Of a stretch of 64,000 nucleotides of DNA, positions 27,876 to 39,077 are shown in pieces. Under the pieces are notes generated by a model that had not been told where the DNA came from, searched no databases, and worked only from the letters and a program-made list of their open reading frames with translations. The position numbers were made by a program, and so were the translations under genes. This DNA comes from Vulcanimicrobiota bacterium (GTDB taxonomy: Bacteria; Vulcanimicrobiota; Vulcanimicrobiia; Vulcanimicrobiales; Vulcanimicrobiaceae), in assembly GCA_963733295.1 (NCBI GenBank), contig CAVTCS010000003.1:1088001-1152000 (forward strand), written 5' to 3'. Position 1 is the stretch's first letter, and each line of letters begins with the position of its first letter.

Positions 27876-28828
27876 GGCTGCGCCGCTTCGCCCCGCTGGG
27901 CGCGCTGAGCCTCGGCCTCGCATTGCTCGCGGCAGCCTTTCCGAACCCCGTCGCGCTCGACGTGCTGTTCTTCATGCTCCTGTATGCGGTGCTCGGTCAA
28001 GGCTGGAACTGGATCAGCGGCTACGGCGGACAAGTGTCGTTCGGGCACGCGCTGTTTTTCGGGTGCGGCGCCTACGCCTCGGCGGCGTTCGCGCTCCACA
28101 AGTTCTCGCCGTGGCTTGCGCTGCCGGCCGGAATCGCCGTCGCGGTGGCGCTGGCCGTCGCCGTCGGGCTGCCCTGTTTCGCGCTGCGCAAGCACTACTT
28201 TTCGATCGCAACGATCGCCGTGGCGGCGATCGGCGAGATCGTGGTGCGCAATACCGATTTTCTGGGCGGCTCGTCCGGAATCGAACTGCCGATCGAAGCC
28301 TCGAGTTTCGCGAATCTGCAATTCGCCGGGAAATTCCCGTACGTCGTGCTCGCGCTCGTCTTGTTCGTTGCGGTTCAAGCCGCGACGATCGCCTTCGAGG
28401 ACTCGCGCATCGGTTATTATTTGCGCGCGATTCGCGCAAATCAGGACGCGGCGGCCAGCGTCGGGATCGACGGACGCCGCTGGAAACTGGTCGCATTCGC
28501 CGGCGGAGCGGCTGCCTGCGCTCTGGCCGGCTCGCTCTACGCGCAGAGCACGCTTTTCGTCGATCCCGAAAGCACGCTTTCGCTGGGCATCTCGATTGCG
28601 ATTGCACTCGTCGGCGTTGTCGGCGGAGCCGGAAGCGTGTGGGGTCCGCCGCTCGGCGCGGTCATCTATATTTTCCTCTCGAAGTACGTGGCCGTGCTGC
28701 TGGGAGGCAGCGGCCGCGGGATCGATCTCATCATTTACGGCGGATTGATCGTGCTGGTTGCGGCGCTGCGGCCGAGCGGTTTGACGGGAGCACTCGCGCC
28801 GCTGTTCCGCCGGCGGAGACCGGCGTGA
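27872..28828 (+). CDS. livM: Liv-type ABC permease (LivM-like)
   Basis: GYGGQVSFGHA, YFSIAT, LRAIR. Confidence 0.88.
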   Translation: MRLRRFAPLGALSLGLALLAAAFPNPVALDVLFFMLLYAVLGQGWNWISGYGGQVSFGHALFFGCGAYASAAFALHKFSPWLALPAGIAVAVALAVAVGLPCFALRKHYFSIATIAVAAIGEIVVRNTDFLGGSSGIELPIEASSFANLQFAGKFPYVVLALVLFVAVQAATIAFEDSRIGYYLRAIRANQDAAASVGIDGRRWKLVAFAGGAAACALAGSLYAQSTLFVDPESTLSLGISIAIALVGVVGGAGSVWGPPLGAVIYIFLSKYVAVLLGGSGRGIDLIIYGGLIVLVAALRPSGLTGALAPLFRRRRPA

Positions 28829-29540
28829 GCGAAATCGCGCTCGCCGTGCGAGGGCTCCAGATGCGTTACGGTGCCCTGCGCGTACTCGATGGACTCGATT
28901 TCGACGCGCGAGCCGGGCGCGTCACCGCGCTGATCGGTCCGAACGGCGCAGGCAAGACGACGGCCTTCGCGTGTATTGCGGGAGCGACTCGCGCAACCGG
29001 GGGCAGCGTGAAATTCTTCGGCCGCGAGTTGACCGGAGTTCCGGACTACGCGATTGCCCAGCTCGGACTGGTGCGCACCTACCAGATCGTGCAGACGTTC
29101 GCGGACATGACGACGCTCGAAGGGGTCACGGTCGGCGCACTCCTGCGGCATCCGCACTTGCCGGCTGCGCGGGAGCGGGCGGCGGGCGTACTTGAGCGCG
29201 TCGGTCTCGGACATCGCGCCGGAGTGCTCGGCAAAGCTCTGACCATCGCTGATAAGAAACGGCTCGAGCTCGCGCGGGCGCTGGCGGCCGAACCGCGCGT
29301 GCTCCTGCTCGACGAAGTGCTCGCCGGGCTCACGCCGAGCGAAGCGCAAGCTGCGGTCGAACTGGTGCGCGACATCGTGCGCGACGGAATCTCGATCGTA
29401 ATGGTCGAGCACGTGATGGAGACGCTGATGCCGCTCGCCGATCACGTCGTCGTGCTGAGCGCCGGACGGTGCATTTTCGACGGCGCGGCCGCGGCCGCGC
29501 TGGCCGACCCGGCGGTCATCGAAGCCTACTTGGGCCGCCC

Positions 29541-29544
<4 letters not shown>
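28825..29544 (+). CDS. livG: Liv-type ABC ATPase
   Basis: GPNGAGKTT, LLLDE, VIEAYLG. Confidence 0.9.
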
Positions 29545-30248
<704 letters not shown>

Positions 30249-30348
30249 GAGCGCCCCTTGCTCGCACGGTAGTGCTGGGCCTTGGTCGAACGAACGGGAA
30301 TCTAAAGAAAACGACTGTGAGACGGACCGAAAGGGGTATACCCTCTCC

Positions 30349-30930
30349 ATGAGTACGACAAAGACCAGTAATAGCGCCACGCCCTTTTTGAGCGACATCA
30401 AGACGCTGCGCGAGCGCGCGCGCAAGAATCTCGGAGACGGCGCCGTCACCGACAACTATAGAGGCGACGTCAAGAAATCGATCGAGCTCCTCCAAGGCGC
30501 GCTCGCGACCGAGATCGTTTGCGTTTTGCGTTACACGATGCACGCCGTGGCCGCGACCGGCATCGACAGCGATGCGGTCAAGGAAGAATTCCAGCAGCAC
30601 GCCGATGACGAGCGCGGCCACATGATGGAGATCGCCGAGCGCATCAACCAGCTGGGCGGAATCCCCGATATGAATCCGCGCGGACTCGAAACTCGTGCGG
30701 CAAGCGAGTACGGCTCCAACAAACTGAATCTGGTCGACATGATCAAAGAGAACCTGGTCGCCGAACGCATTGCGATCGAGCACTACCGGGAGTTGGTCCG
30801 CTACTTCGCCGACAACGATCCGTCGACGCGCGACATGCTCGTGCACATCCTGGCCATGGAAGAAGAGCACGCCAACGACATGCACGACCTGCTCGTGTCG
30901 CGCGAAGGCAAACCGTTCCTGAACACCTGA
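30349..30930 (+). CDS. Ferritin-like protein (DpsL/bacterioferritin-related)
   Basis: ALATE..CVLRY, E.xH, ENLVAERIAI, EEEHA di-iron motifs. Confidence 0.85.
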   Translation: MSTTKTSNSATPFLSDIKTLRERARKNLGDGAVTDNYRGDVKKSIELLQGALATEIVCVLRYTMHAVAATGIDSDAVKEEFQQHADDERGHMMEIAERINQLGGIPDMNPRGLETRAASEYGSNKLNLVDMIKENLVAERIAIEHYRELVRYFADNDPSTRDMLVHILAMEEEHANDMHDLLVSREGKPFLNT

Positions 30931-30939
30931 CCGGAAAGT

Positions 30940-31884
30940 CTAGACGGTTTCGGCGAGCTGCAACATCGCGGCTCGATCGGACGGCGCTGCGACGCGCTCG
31001 CCGTGGATTGCGCGCGCGAAAAGCTCAGCGCTGTCGACGAGCCGCGGCCCGGGGCGGTTGACGTAGGCGTTGCCGTCGAGCGCGTAGGCGCGTCCCGAGC
31101 GAACGGCCCGTAGGTTTCGCCAAACCGGTTCCGGCGCGATCTCGGCGATCGCGTCGCGGGTCCGCTGCAAATCGAAACCGCACGGCGCCACGATGACGAC
31201 GTCCGGATCGGCGGCGGCGATCTCGGCCCAGCTCAGGACGCGCGAATTCTTTCCGGGATCGGCCAGGACCGGCTCGCCGCCGGCCAGTTCGACGAGTCCG
31301 GGCGTCCAGTGTCCTCCGCTCATCGGCGGCTCGCTCCATTCCAGGATGAGCGTTCGCAGACGGGGCAACGCAGCCACGCTCGCGTGCAACGCTTCGGTGC
31401 GCGCGCGCAACCCGGAGACGAGCGCGCGGGCCGCTTGCGGTACGCCGGCGAGTTCGGCGACCGTCGCGATGTTGGCGTACACGTCCTCGAGGCTCGACGG
31501 CTCCAGCGAAACGATGCGCGGATCCCCGCGCAGACGCTTCGCCGCTTGCGCCACGATCTCGTACGAAACGGCGCAGACGGCGCAGAGTTCCTGCGTAATG
31601 ATGAGATCGGGCGCGAGCTGTTCGAGCAAGTCCGAGTCGAGCGCGTAAAGACTCGAACCTTCGTGCAGGCTCTTGCGAACGTGCCGGTCGATTTCAGCCG
31701 AACTCGAGGCTTCCGGCAACGCGCTCGCGGTCAGCCGCGGCAGCGCTCGCGCGGCGGACGGAAAGTCGCACTCGTGGGTGACGCCGACGAGCCGTTCGCC
31801 GAGGCCGAGCGCGTAGACGATCTCGGTCGAACTCGGCAGCAAACTGACGATTCTGCTTACTGGAGCAGTCCAAGTATTCTTCAC
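30940..31884 (-). CDS. Cobalamin/Fe-siderophore-binding (BtuF-like) protein, no signal peptide seen
   Basis: [39 protein letters not shown] with GGAGG RBS. Confidence 0.85.
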   Translation of the reverse strand: MKNTWTAPVSRIVSLLPSSTEIVYALGLGERLVGVTHECDFPSAARALPRLTASALPEASSSAEIDRHVRKSLHEGSSLYALDSDLLEQLAPDLIITQELCAVCAVSYEIVAQAAKRLRGDPRIVSLEPSSLEDVYANIATVAELAGVPQAARALVSGLRARTEALHASVAALPRLRTLILEWSEPPMSGGHWTPGLVELAGGEPVLADPGKNSRVLSWAEIAAADPDVVIVAPCGFDLQRTRDAIAEIAPEPVWRNLRAVRSGRAYALDGNAYVNRPGPRLVDSAELFARAIHGERVAAPSDRAAMLQLAETV

Positions 31885-31944
31885 GAACCCTCCAATGAAG
31901 CATATCCGGCGGAAAACTTTGGGTGGCGGCGTACCACCGACTTC

Positions 31945-33183
31945 GTGCAGAGAATCAAGGTCCGCAATCCTGTGGTCGAGCTCGACGGCGACGAGATGAC
32001 GCGCGTCATCTGGCACATGATTCGCGAGAACTTGATCCTCCCATATCTCGACATCGATCTCAAGTACTACGACTTGAGCATCGAGCATCGCGACGCGACC
32101 GACGACCAAGTGACGCTCGATGCGGCCCACGCGATCAAGCGGTTCGGCGTCGGCGTGAAGTGCGCGACGATTACGCCCGACGAAGCGCGCGTCAAGGAAT
32201 TCGGACTGAAGAAGATGTGGCGTTCGCCGAACGGCACGATCCGCAACGAACTCGACGGAACCGTCTTTCGCGAACCGATCATCTGCCGTAACGTGCCTCG
32301 GCTCGTTCCCGGTTGGACCGAACCGATCGTGATCGGCCGCCACGCGTTCGGCGACCAGTATCGCGCCACCGAGATCGCCGTTCCGGGCGCGGGCACTCTA
32401 ACGCTGAGGTTCGCGCCGGCCGACGGCGGGCCGCCGATCGACCGCGAGGTCTTCGTTTTCGAAAGCCCGGGTGTCGCGCTCGCGATGTACAACCTCGACG
32501 AGTCGATTCGCGGCTTCGCACGCGCTTGCCTCAACTACGGGCTCCAGCGTAAGTGGCCGGTTTATCTGTCAACGAAGAACACGATTCTCAAGACCTACGA
32601 CGGACGCTTCATGCAGATTTTCGCGCAGGTGTACGAGAGCGAGTTCAAGCCGCGCTTCGAAGAAGCCGGAATCACGTACGAACACCGCTTGATCGACGAT
32701 ATGGTCGCGAGCTGCTTGAAGTGGTCGGGCAAATACGTCTGGGCTTGCAAGAACTACGACGGCGACGTGCAGTCCGACACCGTGGCGCAGGGCTACGGAT
32801 CGCTCGGGTTGATGACCTCCGTCCTCATGACCCCCGACGGAAAAACGATCGAGGCCGAGGCGGCGCACGGCACCGTCACCCGCCACTACCGCCTGCACCA
32901 GCAAGGGAAACCGACCTCGACGAATCCGATCGCTTCGATCTTCGCCTGGACGCGAGGCCTAACTCACCGTGGGAAACTCGACGCGAGCCCCGACGTCGTG
33001 CGCTTTGCCGAAACGCTCGAACACGTTTGCGTCGACACGGTCGAAGGCGGACAGATGACCAAGGATCTCGCCTCGCTGATCGGTCCGGACCAGCCCTACC
33101 TATCGACGCAGGAGTTCCTCGCCGTGCTCGACGACGAGTTGCAGCTCCGCGTAAGTTGGGCTCTCGCCGGTACGGTTACCTAG
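31945..33183 (+). CDS. icd: NADP-dependent isocitrate dehydrogenase (type II)
   Basis: [36 protein letters not shown]. Confidence 0.97.
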   Translation: MQRIKVRNPVVELDGDEMTRVIWHMIRENLILPYLDIDLKYYDLSIEHRDATDDQVTLDAAHAIKRFGVGVKCATITPDEARVKEFGLKKMWRSPNGTIRNELDGTVFREPIICRNVPRLVPGWTEPIVIGRHAFGDQYRATEIAVPGAGTLTLRFAPADGGPPIDREVFVFESPGVALAMYNLDESIRGFARACLNYGLQRKWPVYLSTKNTILKTYDGRFMQIFAQVYESEFKPRFEEAGITYEHRLIDDMVASCLKWSGKYVWACKNYDGDVQSDTVAQGYGSLGLMTSVLMTPDGKTIEAEAAHGTVTRHYRLHQQGKPTSTNPIASIFAWTRGLTHRGKLDASPDVVRFAETLEHVCVDTVEGGQMTKDLASLIGPDQPYLSTQEFLAVLDDELQLRVSWALAGTVT

Positions 33184-33210
33184 GCACGGCCTTCTGCGGC
33201 GACCCGGGCC

Positions 33211-34497
33211 CTAGCCGTTCGCGCACCTGAACGTCGCGTACATGTAAGGATATTCGGGCCGGTACCAATTGCGGAAGCTGCGCCGGATGTGGTTGCGGTT
33301 CGTCACCGGCGAAGCACCTTTGACGACGAAGTGGTTGCCGTCGAAGAAGTCCGCCGAGTACTCACGATAGGATGCGAGCGGCGCAAAGCCCGCGAACGGC
33401 GCGAACGCGCTCGAGGTCCATTCCCAGCCGTTTCCGATGAGGTCGGCGACGCCCCAAGCGCTCGCGCCGGCGGGTGAACTGCCGACGGGCTCCGGGTCGA
33501 AGCGGAGGAAGTCGAAGTTCCCGTGGAGGCCGGGCTGCGGCGGCGCGTCGCCCCAGGGGAAGGCCCGTTCTTCGCCGCTCGGCGTGCCGAACGCCGCGCG
33601 GTGATACTCGGCTTCGGTCGGCAGGCGCGATCCGCGCCAGCGCGCGTAGTCCTGCGCCTGTCGCTGCGTGACGTAAACGGGCCAACTGAGCGGCAGCGGA
33701 AGCTCCGCGAACAGCGCGAGGAGATGGAACGCGCCGTCGCGCTCGATCCAGAAGGACGGCACCGGACCTCCCGCGCGCACGAAGGCGAGCCACTCGCCGT
33801 TGGTTACGTTATTGACGTCGATTTCGAACGCGCCGACGTCGACCCCGTGTTCGCCGTACTCGTTATCCCACGCGAATTCGAGCGCGCCGCGACGCACGCC
33901 GAGCCTCGCGCGACCGGCCGGAATCTCGACGCGTCCCCGCGCGAACGGCTCACCCTCGATGAAGGGGGACGCGCGGCCTGCGGTGCGCTTTCGCTCGAAC
34001 GGAAAGCGATGCAGCAAATAAGCGAACGTTTCGTGATGCATCTCTTCGTGTTCGAGGATCGCAAAAGCGGCTTCGCCGCGGTTCAGCATCGGCGAGCGCG
34101 CGGGGTCGTCGAGCTCGGCGTTCGCCAAAGCGTCGAGGACAGCCGCGTCGCAGGCGGCGGCAAAGGCTTGGACCTCTGCGCGCGCCGGCCAGCTCTCGCG
34201 CCCGTGACGGCCGGCGTCGGCTGCATCGGCCGGATCGATTCCTCGGGCGAACAGACGCTGCAGGTTCTCGTCGATCGGCGGACCTCCCAGCGCTTCTTGG
34301 ACGAGCTTCTGGAAGCTGAACGAAGGCAGGTGGCCTTCGTAAAACACCGGCGGGTGACGGAGCGGGATCGGCCGTTCCTCGTAAGCGGCGGGCTCGAAGA
34401 GCGCGAACAGCCCAGCGCTGCGCTTTCGGTTCTCAAGATAGCGTTGCAGCAAGACGCTGCGATCGATGGGCCGGCCGGAACTGATGATCGTCGCCAT
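33211..34497 (-). CDS. EgtB/OvoA-like sulfoxide synthase (DinB plus FGE-sulfatase domains)
   Basis: LRHPPVFYEGH, HEEMHHE metal motif, RLPTEAE, GNGWEW, RRSFRNW. Confidence 0.8.
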   Translation of the reverse strand: MATIISSGRPIDRSVLLQRYLENRKRSAGLFALFEPAAYEERPIPLRHPPVFYEGHLPSFSFQKLVQEALGGPPIDENLQRLFARGIDPADAADAGRHGRESWPARAEVQAFAAACDAAVLDALANAELDDPARSPMLNRGEAAFAILEHEEMHHETFAYLLHRFPFERKRTAGRASPFIEGEPFARGRVEIPAGRARLGVRRGALEFAWDNEYGEHGVDVGAFEIDVNNVTNGEWLAFVRAGGPVPSFWIERDGAFHLLALFAELPLPLSWPVYVTQRQAQDYARWRGSRLPTEAEYHRAAFGTPSGEERAFPWGDAPPQPGLHGNFDFLRFDPEPVGSSPAGASAWGVADLIGNGWEWTSSAFAPFAGFAPLASYREYSADFFDGNHFVVKGASPVTNRNHIRRSFRNWYRPEYPYMYATFRCANG

Positions 34498-34586
34498 GTT
34501 TTCCTTCAGGGGCGTGCTTCTAGGTTTGTCCGGGACCGTACCCGCACGAGGCCGCAAAACAACCTAGCGCGCACTAGCTCCCGGCG

Positions 34587-35273
34587 TTAGGACAGCGTGG
34601 CCACTGCGCGGGAGGCCACGAGGACGAGCGTTACGAGCGAAATCGACGCTTGTGCCATCACCAATAACTTCGCGCGCCGGCTCGAGGGTTTCGAATAATC
34701 GGGCGGAGTGAACGACGTCGACGTTGCGAATGCGAGGAAAAGGTAATCGGTAAAGTAAGGCTCCCAACCTTGTGCGAGTTCTTCGACTTCCTTTTCCCCG
34801 AAGATGAAATCCGGCGAACCGAGCCTGCCCGCGGCGCGCGCTTCGGGTCCCGCCCGGTCGAGTTGCCAGTAGAAGAGGGCGAAGATCAAGATGTTGATGC
34901 TCCACACGACGGCTGCGGACTCGAGCAGCGTAATGCTGGCGAAGTCGTGTCGATGCGTGATCATGTCGCCGACCAAACGCAACAGCGACGTGAAAATCAT
35001 CGCAAATGTCAGAGCGATGAAGACGAGCACGATCGCGCGCTCGATGCGATGCCATAAGATGCTGGTCGGCTTGAGGCTGATTACAATCATCGGCGTCACG
35101 ACGCACGCGAACGACGTCCACGGAAACCAGTTTGGTGCGGATTGGTAGCGTGCCGGCAAGGATGTGACCATGAGGACGGCCAGGAACAGCACGACGATCG
35201 GCGGCCAGCGTGGTTCGGTTGCTCCATCGGGAAGCGCCTTTAGCGCCACGGTTCGTGTTCCATCAGGCCGCAT
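34587..35273 (-). CDS. DUF1345-like membrane protein
   Basis: FALFYWQLD, DF.F, W.P.F.DYL, TSTSF. Confidence 0.75.
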   Translation of the reverse strand: MRPDGTRTVALKALPDGATEPRWPPIVVLFLAVLMVTSLPARYQSAPNWFPWTSFACVVTPMIVISLKPTSILWHRIERAIVLVFIALTFAMIFTSLLRLVGDMITHRHDFASITLLESAAVVWSINILIFALFYWQLDRAGPEARAAGRLGSPDFIFGEKEVEELAQGWEPYFTDYLFLAFATSTSFTPPDYSKPSSRRAKLLVMAQASISLVTLVLVASRAVATLS

Positions 35274-35275
35274 TC

Positions 35276-36661
35276 TTACGGTTGCTGCGGGCCGAACCTT
35301 CGTGTACGAGCCGCAAGGATGGTTCCCGCGACGACGATCCCAGCGAGTACGAGGACGCCCAAGACGATCAGCCAGACCGCGCGGCCGGTTACGAGGCCGA
35401 ATCCTCCCTCGCCCGAACAGCGGCGAAACTCGTCCGGCGTGAAGTTCGTGGCCGCGCACCAGTAGCTGCGCCAGTTCCGTTCGTCGATTTCGGGAGGTGC
35501 ACCGGCGTCGTAGAGGCGAGCGAAAAGGTCACGCGCTCCGGAATCGCTCGCCAAGCGTTCTTGCAGCCGCGCGAGGTTCGCTGCGTCGAATGCGGTGAGG
35601 CCGAGCGAACGCGTTCCGCCGACGTCACGCCAGCTGCCTCCCAGGAACGCGTGGATTTCGGCTGCGCGAAGTTCCCCGGACGGAGCGACGTCGGCGGTGA
35701 GGAAGGCCGGCGCGTTCCCGAAGATCGGGGAGATGGCCGGGATCAGCAACATCGGGACCGGTTTCGGGGCGTCCGGGTCCACGATGCGATACGCAAAGCG
35801 GTGCGAATGAGCCGAAAGCACGAGCGTTACGTTACTCGCGGGATCTCCCACCAGCGACAGAAACTCGGCCGAAGGCTCGGGCTTCAGGAATGGGATGACG
35901 AGAAAGCCGCGCCCGACCTGCTGGCTCGAGTAAACGTCGATGCCGGGCGGGATGTGTGCGATCACCCAATGGGTGTCGCCGGGCGCTCGCAGCGTCGCCC
36001 GCAGAGCTTCCATGGTCAGGGCTGCGGCGTTCGCCGTCGGACTCGCAGCGCACGAATGGTAGAACGGCGACCAGAAGACGTCGTCGATCACGATAACGTC
36101 GGTGTGCGCAAGAGGCAGTTTCGCGACGTAGAAGCCGCTTCGCGCGAAGGTCTTTGCGAACGAAGGCGCGGCGCCGTGACGGTCGACGAGGGGTGCCCAA
36201 GCGGTGACGACGGTGCGCGCAAACGCGGAGTGCACGTCGAATCCGTAATCGCCGCAACCGGCGTCCTCGTTGCCGAGCGCGATGACGAACTGCGCCTTGG
36301 GAAAGGCGTGGTCGAAGCGCGCGGCAATTTGTTCCATCGTCGCGCTTGCCTTCGGGTAGTCGAAGCGGTGCGACAAGAAATCGCCGCCGATAACGACGAC
36401 CGGCGGATCCGGGTCGACGCGCCGCATCTCGGCGAGCGCCGAGGTGAGCAGCGCAGGATTCGTGTCGCGTTTCTCGGCGACCGGCTCGGGGTTTCGATTC
36501 GCGGGATTGAGGTGGATGTCGCTTACGAACAGCCACGGGCCGGCGGCCGAAGCCGGGGGCCCGCTCGCAAGGCTCGAGCCGAGCGTTACCAGCAACGCGA
36601 AGAAGCGGATTCGAAGCCGAGCCGGAGCGCGCGAGGCTCGCTTAGAGGTCGAGATACTCAC
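35276..36661 (-). CDS. Exported metallophosphoesterase (acid sphingomyelinase-like) with C-terminal membrane anchor
   Basis: SDIH, GGDFLSH, LGNED, HIPPG, SAHSH, PAISP; start uncertain. Confidence 0.8.
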   Translation of the reverse strand: MSISTSKRASRAPARLRIRFFALLVTLGSSLASGPPASAAGPWLFVSDIHLNPANRNPEPVAEKRDTNPALLTSALAEMRRVDPDPPVVVIGGDFLSHRFDYPKASATMEQIAARFDHAFPKAQFVIALGNEDAGCGDYGFDVHSAFARTVVTAWAPLVDRHGAAPSFAKTFARSGFYVAKLPLAHTDVIVIDDVFWSPFYHSCAASPTANAAALTMEALRATLRAPGDTHWVIAHIPPGIDVYSSQQVGRGFLVIPFLKPEPSAEFLSLVGDPASNVTLVLSAHSHRFAYRIVDPDAPKPVPMLLIPAISPIFGNAPAFLTADVAPSGELRAAEIHAFLGGSWRDVGGTRSLGLTAFDAANLARLQERLASDSGARDLFARLYDAGAPPEIDERNWRSYWCAATNFTPDEFRRCSGEGGFGLVTGRAVWLIVLGVLVLAGIVVAGTILAARTRRFGPQQP

Positions 36662-38105
36662 GCAGTCCGGCCAGGCCGCCTTCGCGCCCGAAGCCGGACT
36701 CTTTGTAGCCGCCGAAAGGCGAACTCGGATCGAATTGGTTGAACGTGTTGCACCACACGACACCGGCTTGGAGCCGTTGCGCCGTGTAGAGTCCGAGCTG
36801 TCCGCTCGACGTCCAGATGCCCGCACTCAGCCCGTAGGGTAAGTTGTTGGCGCGCTCGATCGCTTCGTCCGGCGTGCGGAAGGTCATGACCGAGAGCACC
36901 GGACCGAAGATCTCTTCGCGTGCGATACGGTGCGTCGGCGCAACGTCGACAAAGAACGAAGCGGGAAACCAGAAGCCGCGTTCCGGGAAGTGCGCCGAAG
37001 CCTGCACGAGCGTCGCGCCCTCCTCGATGCCGCTCCGGACGAGTTCGACGATGCGGTCGCGCTGCTGCCGCGAGTTGATGGCGCCGATATCGGTGTTCTT
37101 GTCGAGCGGGTCGCCGTGGCGCAGCGTTTCGATGCGCGCCCGCAAACGCTCGACCACTTCAGCGTAGATATCTTCTTGGACGAGCAAGCGCGAGCCGGCG
37201 CAACAGACCTGCCCCTGATTGAAGAAAATCGCGCTGACGATGCCTTCGATCGCCTGGTCGAGCGGCGCGTCGTCGTACAGCACGATGGCGGATTTTCCGC
37301 CGAGTTCGAGCGCGAGGCGCTTTTTGGTGCCGGCGGCCGCGCGGCGGATCTGCTTGCCGACCTCGGTCGAGCCGGTGAACGAGAGCTTGTCGAGGTCGGG
37401 ATGCTCGACGAGTGCGGCGCCGGTCCGGCCGTCGCCGCTCACGACGTTGACGACGCCGGGTGGCAACTCGGCCTCGAGGCACACTTGCGCGAGCAGCAAA
37501 GCACTCAGCGGTGTGGTTTCGGCCGGCTTCAAGACGACCGTGTTGCCGCACGCCAGTGCAGGCGCGATCTTCCAAGCTGCGATCAAGAGCGGAAAATTCC
37601 AAGGGACGATCGCGCCGACGACGCCGAGCGGGCGGCTCCGTTCGGGCGCGCGTGTCGCCCACGCGAGTTTATCGGCCCAGCCCGCGTGATAGAAGAAGTG
37701 TGCCGCAGCTTGCGGTACGTCGAAGTCGCGCGATTCGCGGATCGGTTTACCGCCGTCGAGGGTCTCGAGCACCGCGAATTCGCGCGAACGTTCGCTCAGC
37801 GCCCGGGCGATGCGGAACATGTACTTGGCGCGCTCGCCGGGTCGCAGCTTGCGCCAGTATTTCTCGTAACCGCGCCGGGCTGCGCGGACCGCGCGGTCGA
37901 CGTCGGTAGCGTCGGCGCTCGCCACTTGGGCGAGCGTTTGTTCCGTTGCGGGATTGATCGTCGCGAAGGTCTCGCCCGAAGCCGGCGCGACCCAGTCGCC
38001 TCCGACGTAAAGGCCATAGCGTTCGCGAATCGCAACCGGCGCCGCCGATTCGAGGGAGGGGGCGTACTCGAAGGTCGGCAGCGGGTTGCTCATACTCGGG
38101 GCCAT
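36642..38105 (-). CDS. Aldehyde dehydrogenase (full length)
   Basis: PWNFP, FTGSTEVG, LELGGKS, GQVCCAG, EEIFGP. Confidence 0.93.
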   Translation of the reverse strand: MAPSMSNPLPTFEYAPSLESAAPVAIRERYGLYVGGDWVAPASGETFATINPATEQTLAQVASADATDVDRAVRAARRGYEKYWRKLRPGERAKYMFRIARALSERSREFAVLETLDGGKPIRESRDFDVPQAAAHFFYHAGWADKLAWATRAPERSRPLGVVGAIVPWNFPLLIAAWKIAPALACGNTVVLKPAETTPLSALLLAQVCLEAELPPGVVNVVSGDGRTGAALVEHPDLDKLSFTGSTEVGKQIRRAAAGTKKRLALELGGKSAIVLYDDAPLDQAIEGIVSAIFFNQGQVCCAGSRLLVQEDIYAEVVERLRARIETLRHGDPLDKNTDIGAINSRQQRDRIVELVRSGIEEGATLVQASAHFPERGFWFPASFFVDVAPTHRIAREEIFGPVLSVMTFRTPDEAIERANNLPYGLSAGIWTSSGQLGLYTAQRLQAGVVWCNTFNQFDPSSPFGGYKESGFGREGGLAGLREYLDL

Positions 38106-38983
38106 TAGATCGTCGCCACGTAGGGCGAGCCCGCGTAGGCGCCGGAGGCTTCCTTGTCGCGTTGCATCAGCAAGTCGTCGAGCAGCGCCGAGGCGCCGAT
38201 CCGAAAACGTGCCGGTTGCAGCCAGGCGGATCCAAGCGTCTCATTGACGATCGCGAGATACCCCAGCGCAGCCTTCGTCGTGCGCACGCCGCCCGCGAGT
38301 TTCAATCCGGCCGCACGTCCGGTCTTACGGAAGTGCTCGCGAATGGCTTCGCTCATCAACAACGCAACCGGAGGCGTCGCGGCCGGCGAGATCTTACCGG
38401 TCGAGGTCTTGATGAAATCGGCCCCCGTTTCGAGCGCGAGATCGCAGGCGCGCCTGATCGCCTGGTACGAGCCCAGCTCTCCGACTTCGAGGATCACTTT
38501 CAGCGTTGCCGGAGCGCTGCTCTCGCGCATTGCTTGGAGTTCGCTCGCAACCCGCGTGAAATGACCCGCTAGGAGTGCGCCGCGATCCACCACGACGTCG
38601 ATCTCATCGGCGCCGGCTGCGACGGCGGCGCGAATCTCTGCGAGCCTCACTGCGAGCGGCGACGATCCACTGGGAAAGGCGCCCGCGACTGCAGCCACCT
38701 TGACGGGACTTGCGCCAAGTTCGCGGCACGCCAATTCGGTGAAGCTCGAATAGACGCAGACCGCCGCGACGTGCGGAGCGCCGCGCCCCGGAGAGTTCGC
38801 GCGTGCGCAGAGCGCCCGGATTTGACCCGGCGTGTCGCGGCCTTCCAGCGTGGTCAGGTCGAGACAGCCGATGAGCAGATCGATGCCCGCTCGTTTTGCG
38901 ACGGCCTTAATCGAGCGCTTCGCCAATACGGTAGCCCTGGCTTCGAGCATTGCCGCGTCGACGCGAGCGTAGGCGCGCCCCAT
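38105..38983 (-). CDS. deoC: Deoxyribose-phosphate aldolase
   Basis: DLTTLEG, GADEID, LKVILE, FIKTSTGK, K.AGGVR. Confidence 0.93.
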   Translation of the reverse strand: MGRAYARVDAAMLEARATVLAKRSIKAVAKRAGIDLLIGCLDLTTLEGRDTPGQIRALCARANSPGRGAPHVAAVCVYSSFTELACRELGASPVKVAAVAGAFPSGSSPLAVRLAEIRAAVAAGADEIDVVVDRGALLAGHFTRVASELQAMRESSAPATLKVILEVGELGSYQAIRRACDLALETGADFIKTSTGKISPAATPPVALLMSEAIREHFRKTGRAAGLKLAGGVRTTKAALGYLAIVNETLGSAWLQPARFRIGASALLDDLLMQRDKEASGAYAGSPYVATI

Positions 38984-39077
38984 GGCGGGCCATTTCGGCC
39001 CGGCGCACCGCGCCCCCGCTTTAGCCCGGTGCCGGTTGCGGGGGTAGAGGCCCGACGCCGTGCAGAACCTGGGGTTA

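Noticed and set aside
31309..32343. Apparent long bidirectional overlap or N-terminal extensions of icd and the BtuF-like gene
   Set aside because: Family N-termini begin at GTG 31945 and GTG 31884, so the genes are simply divergent
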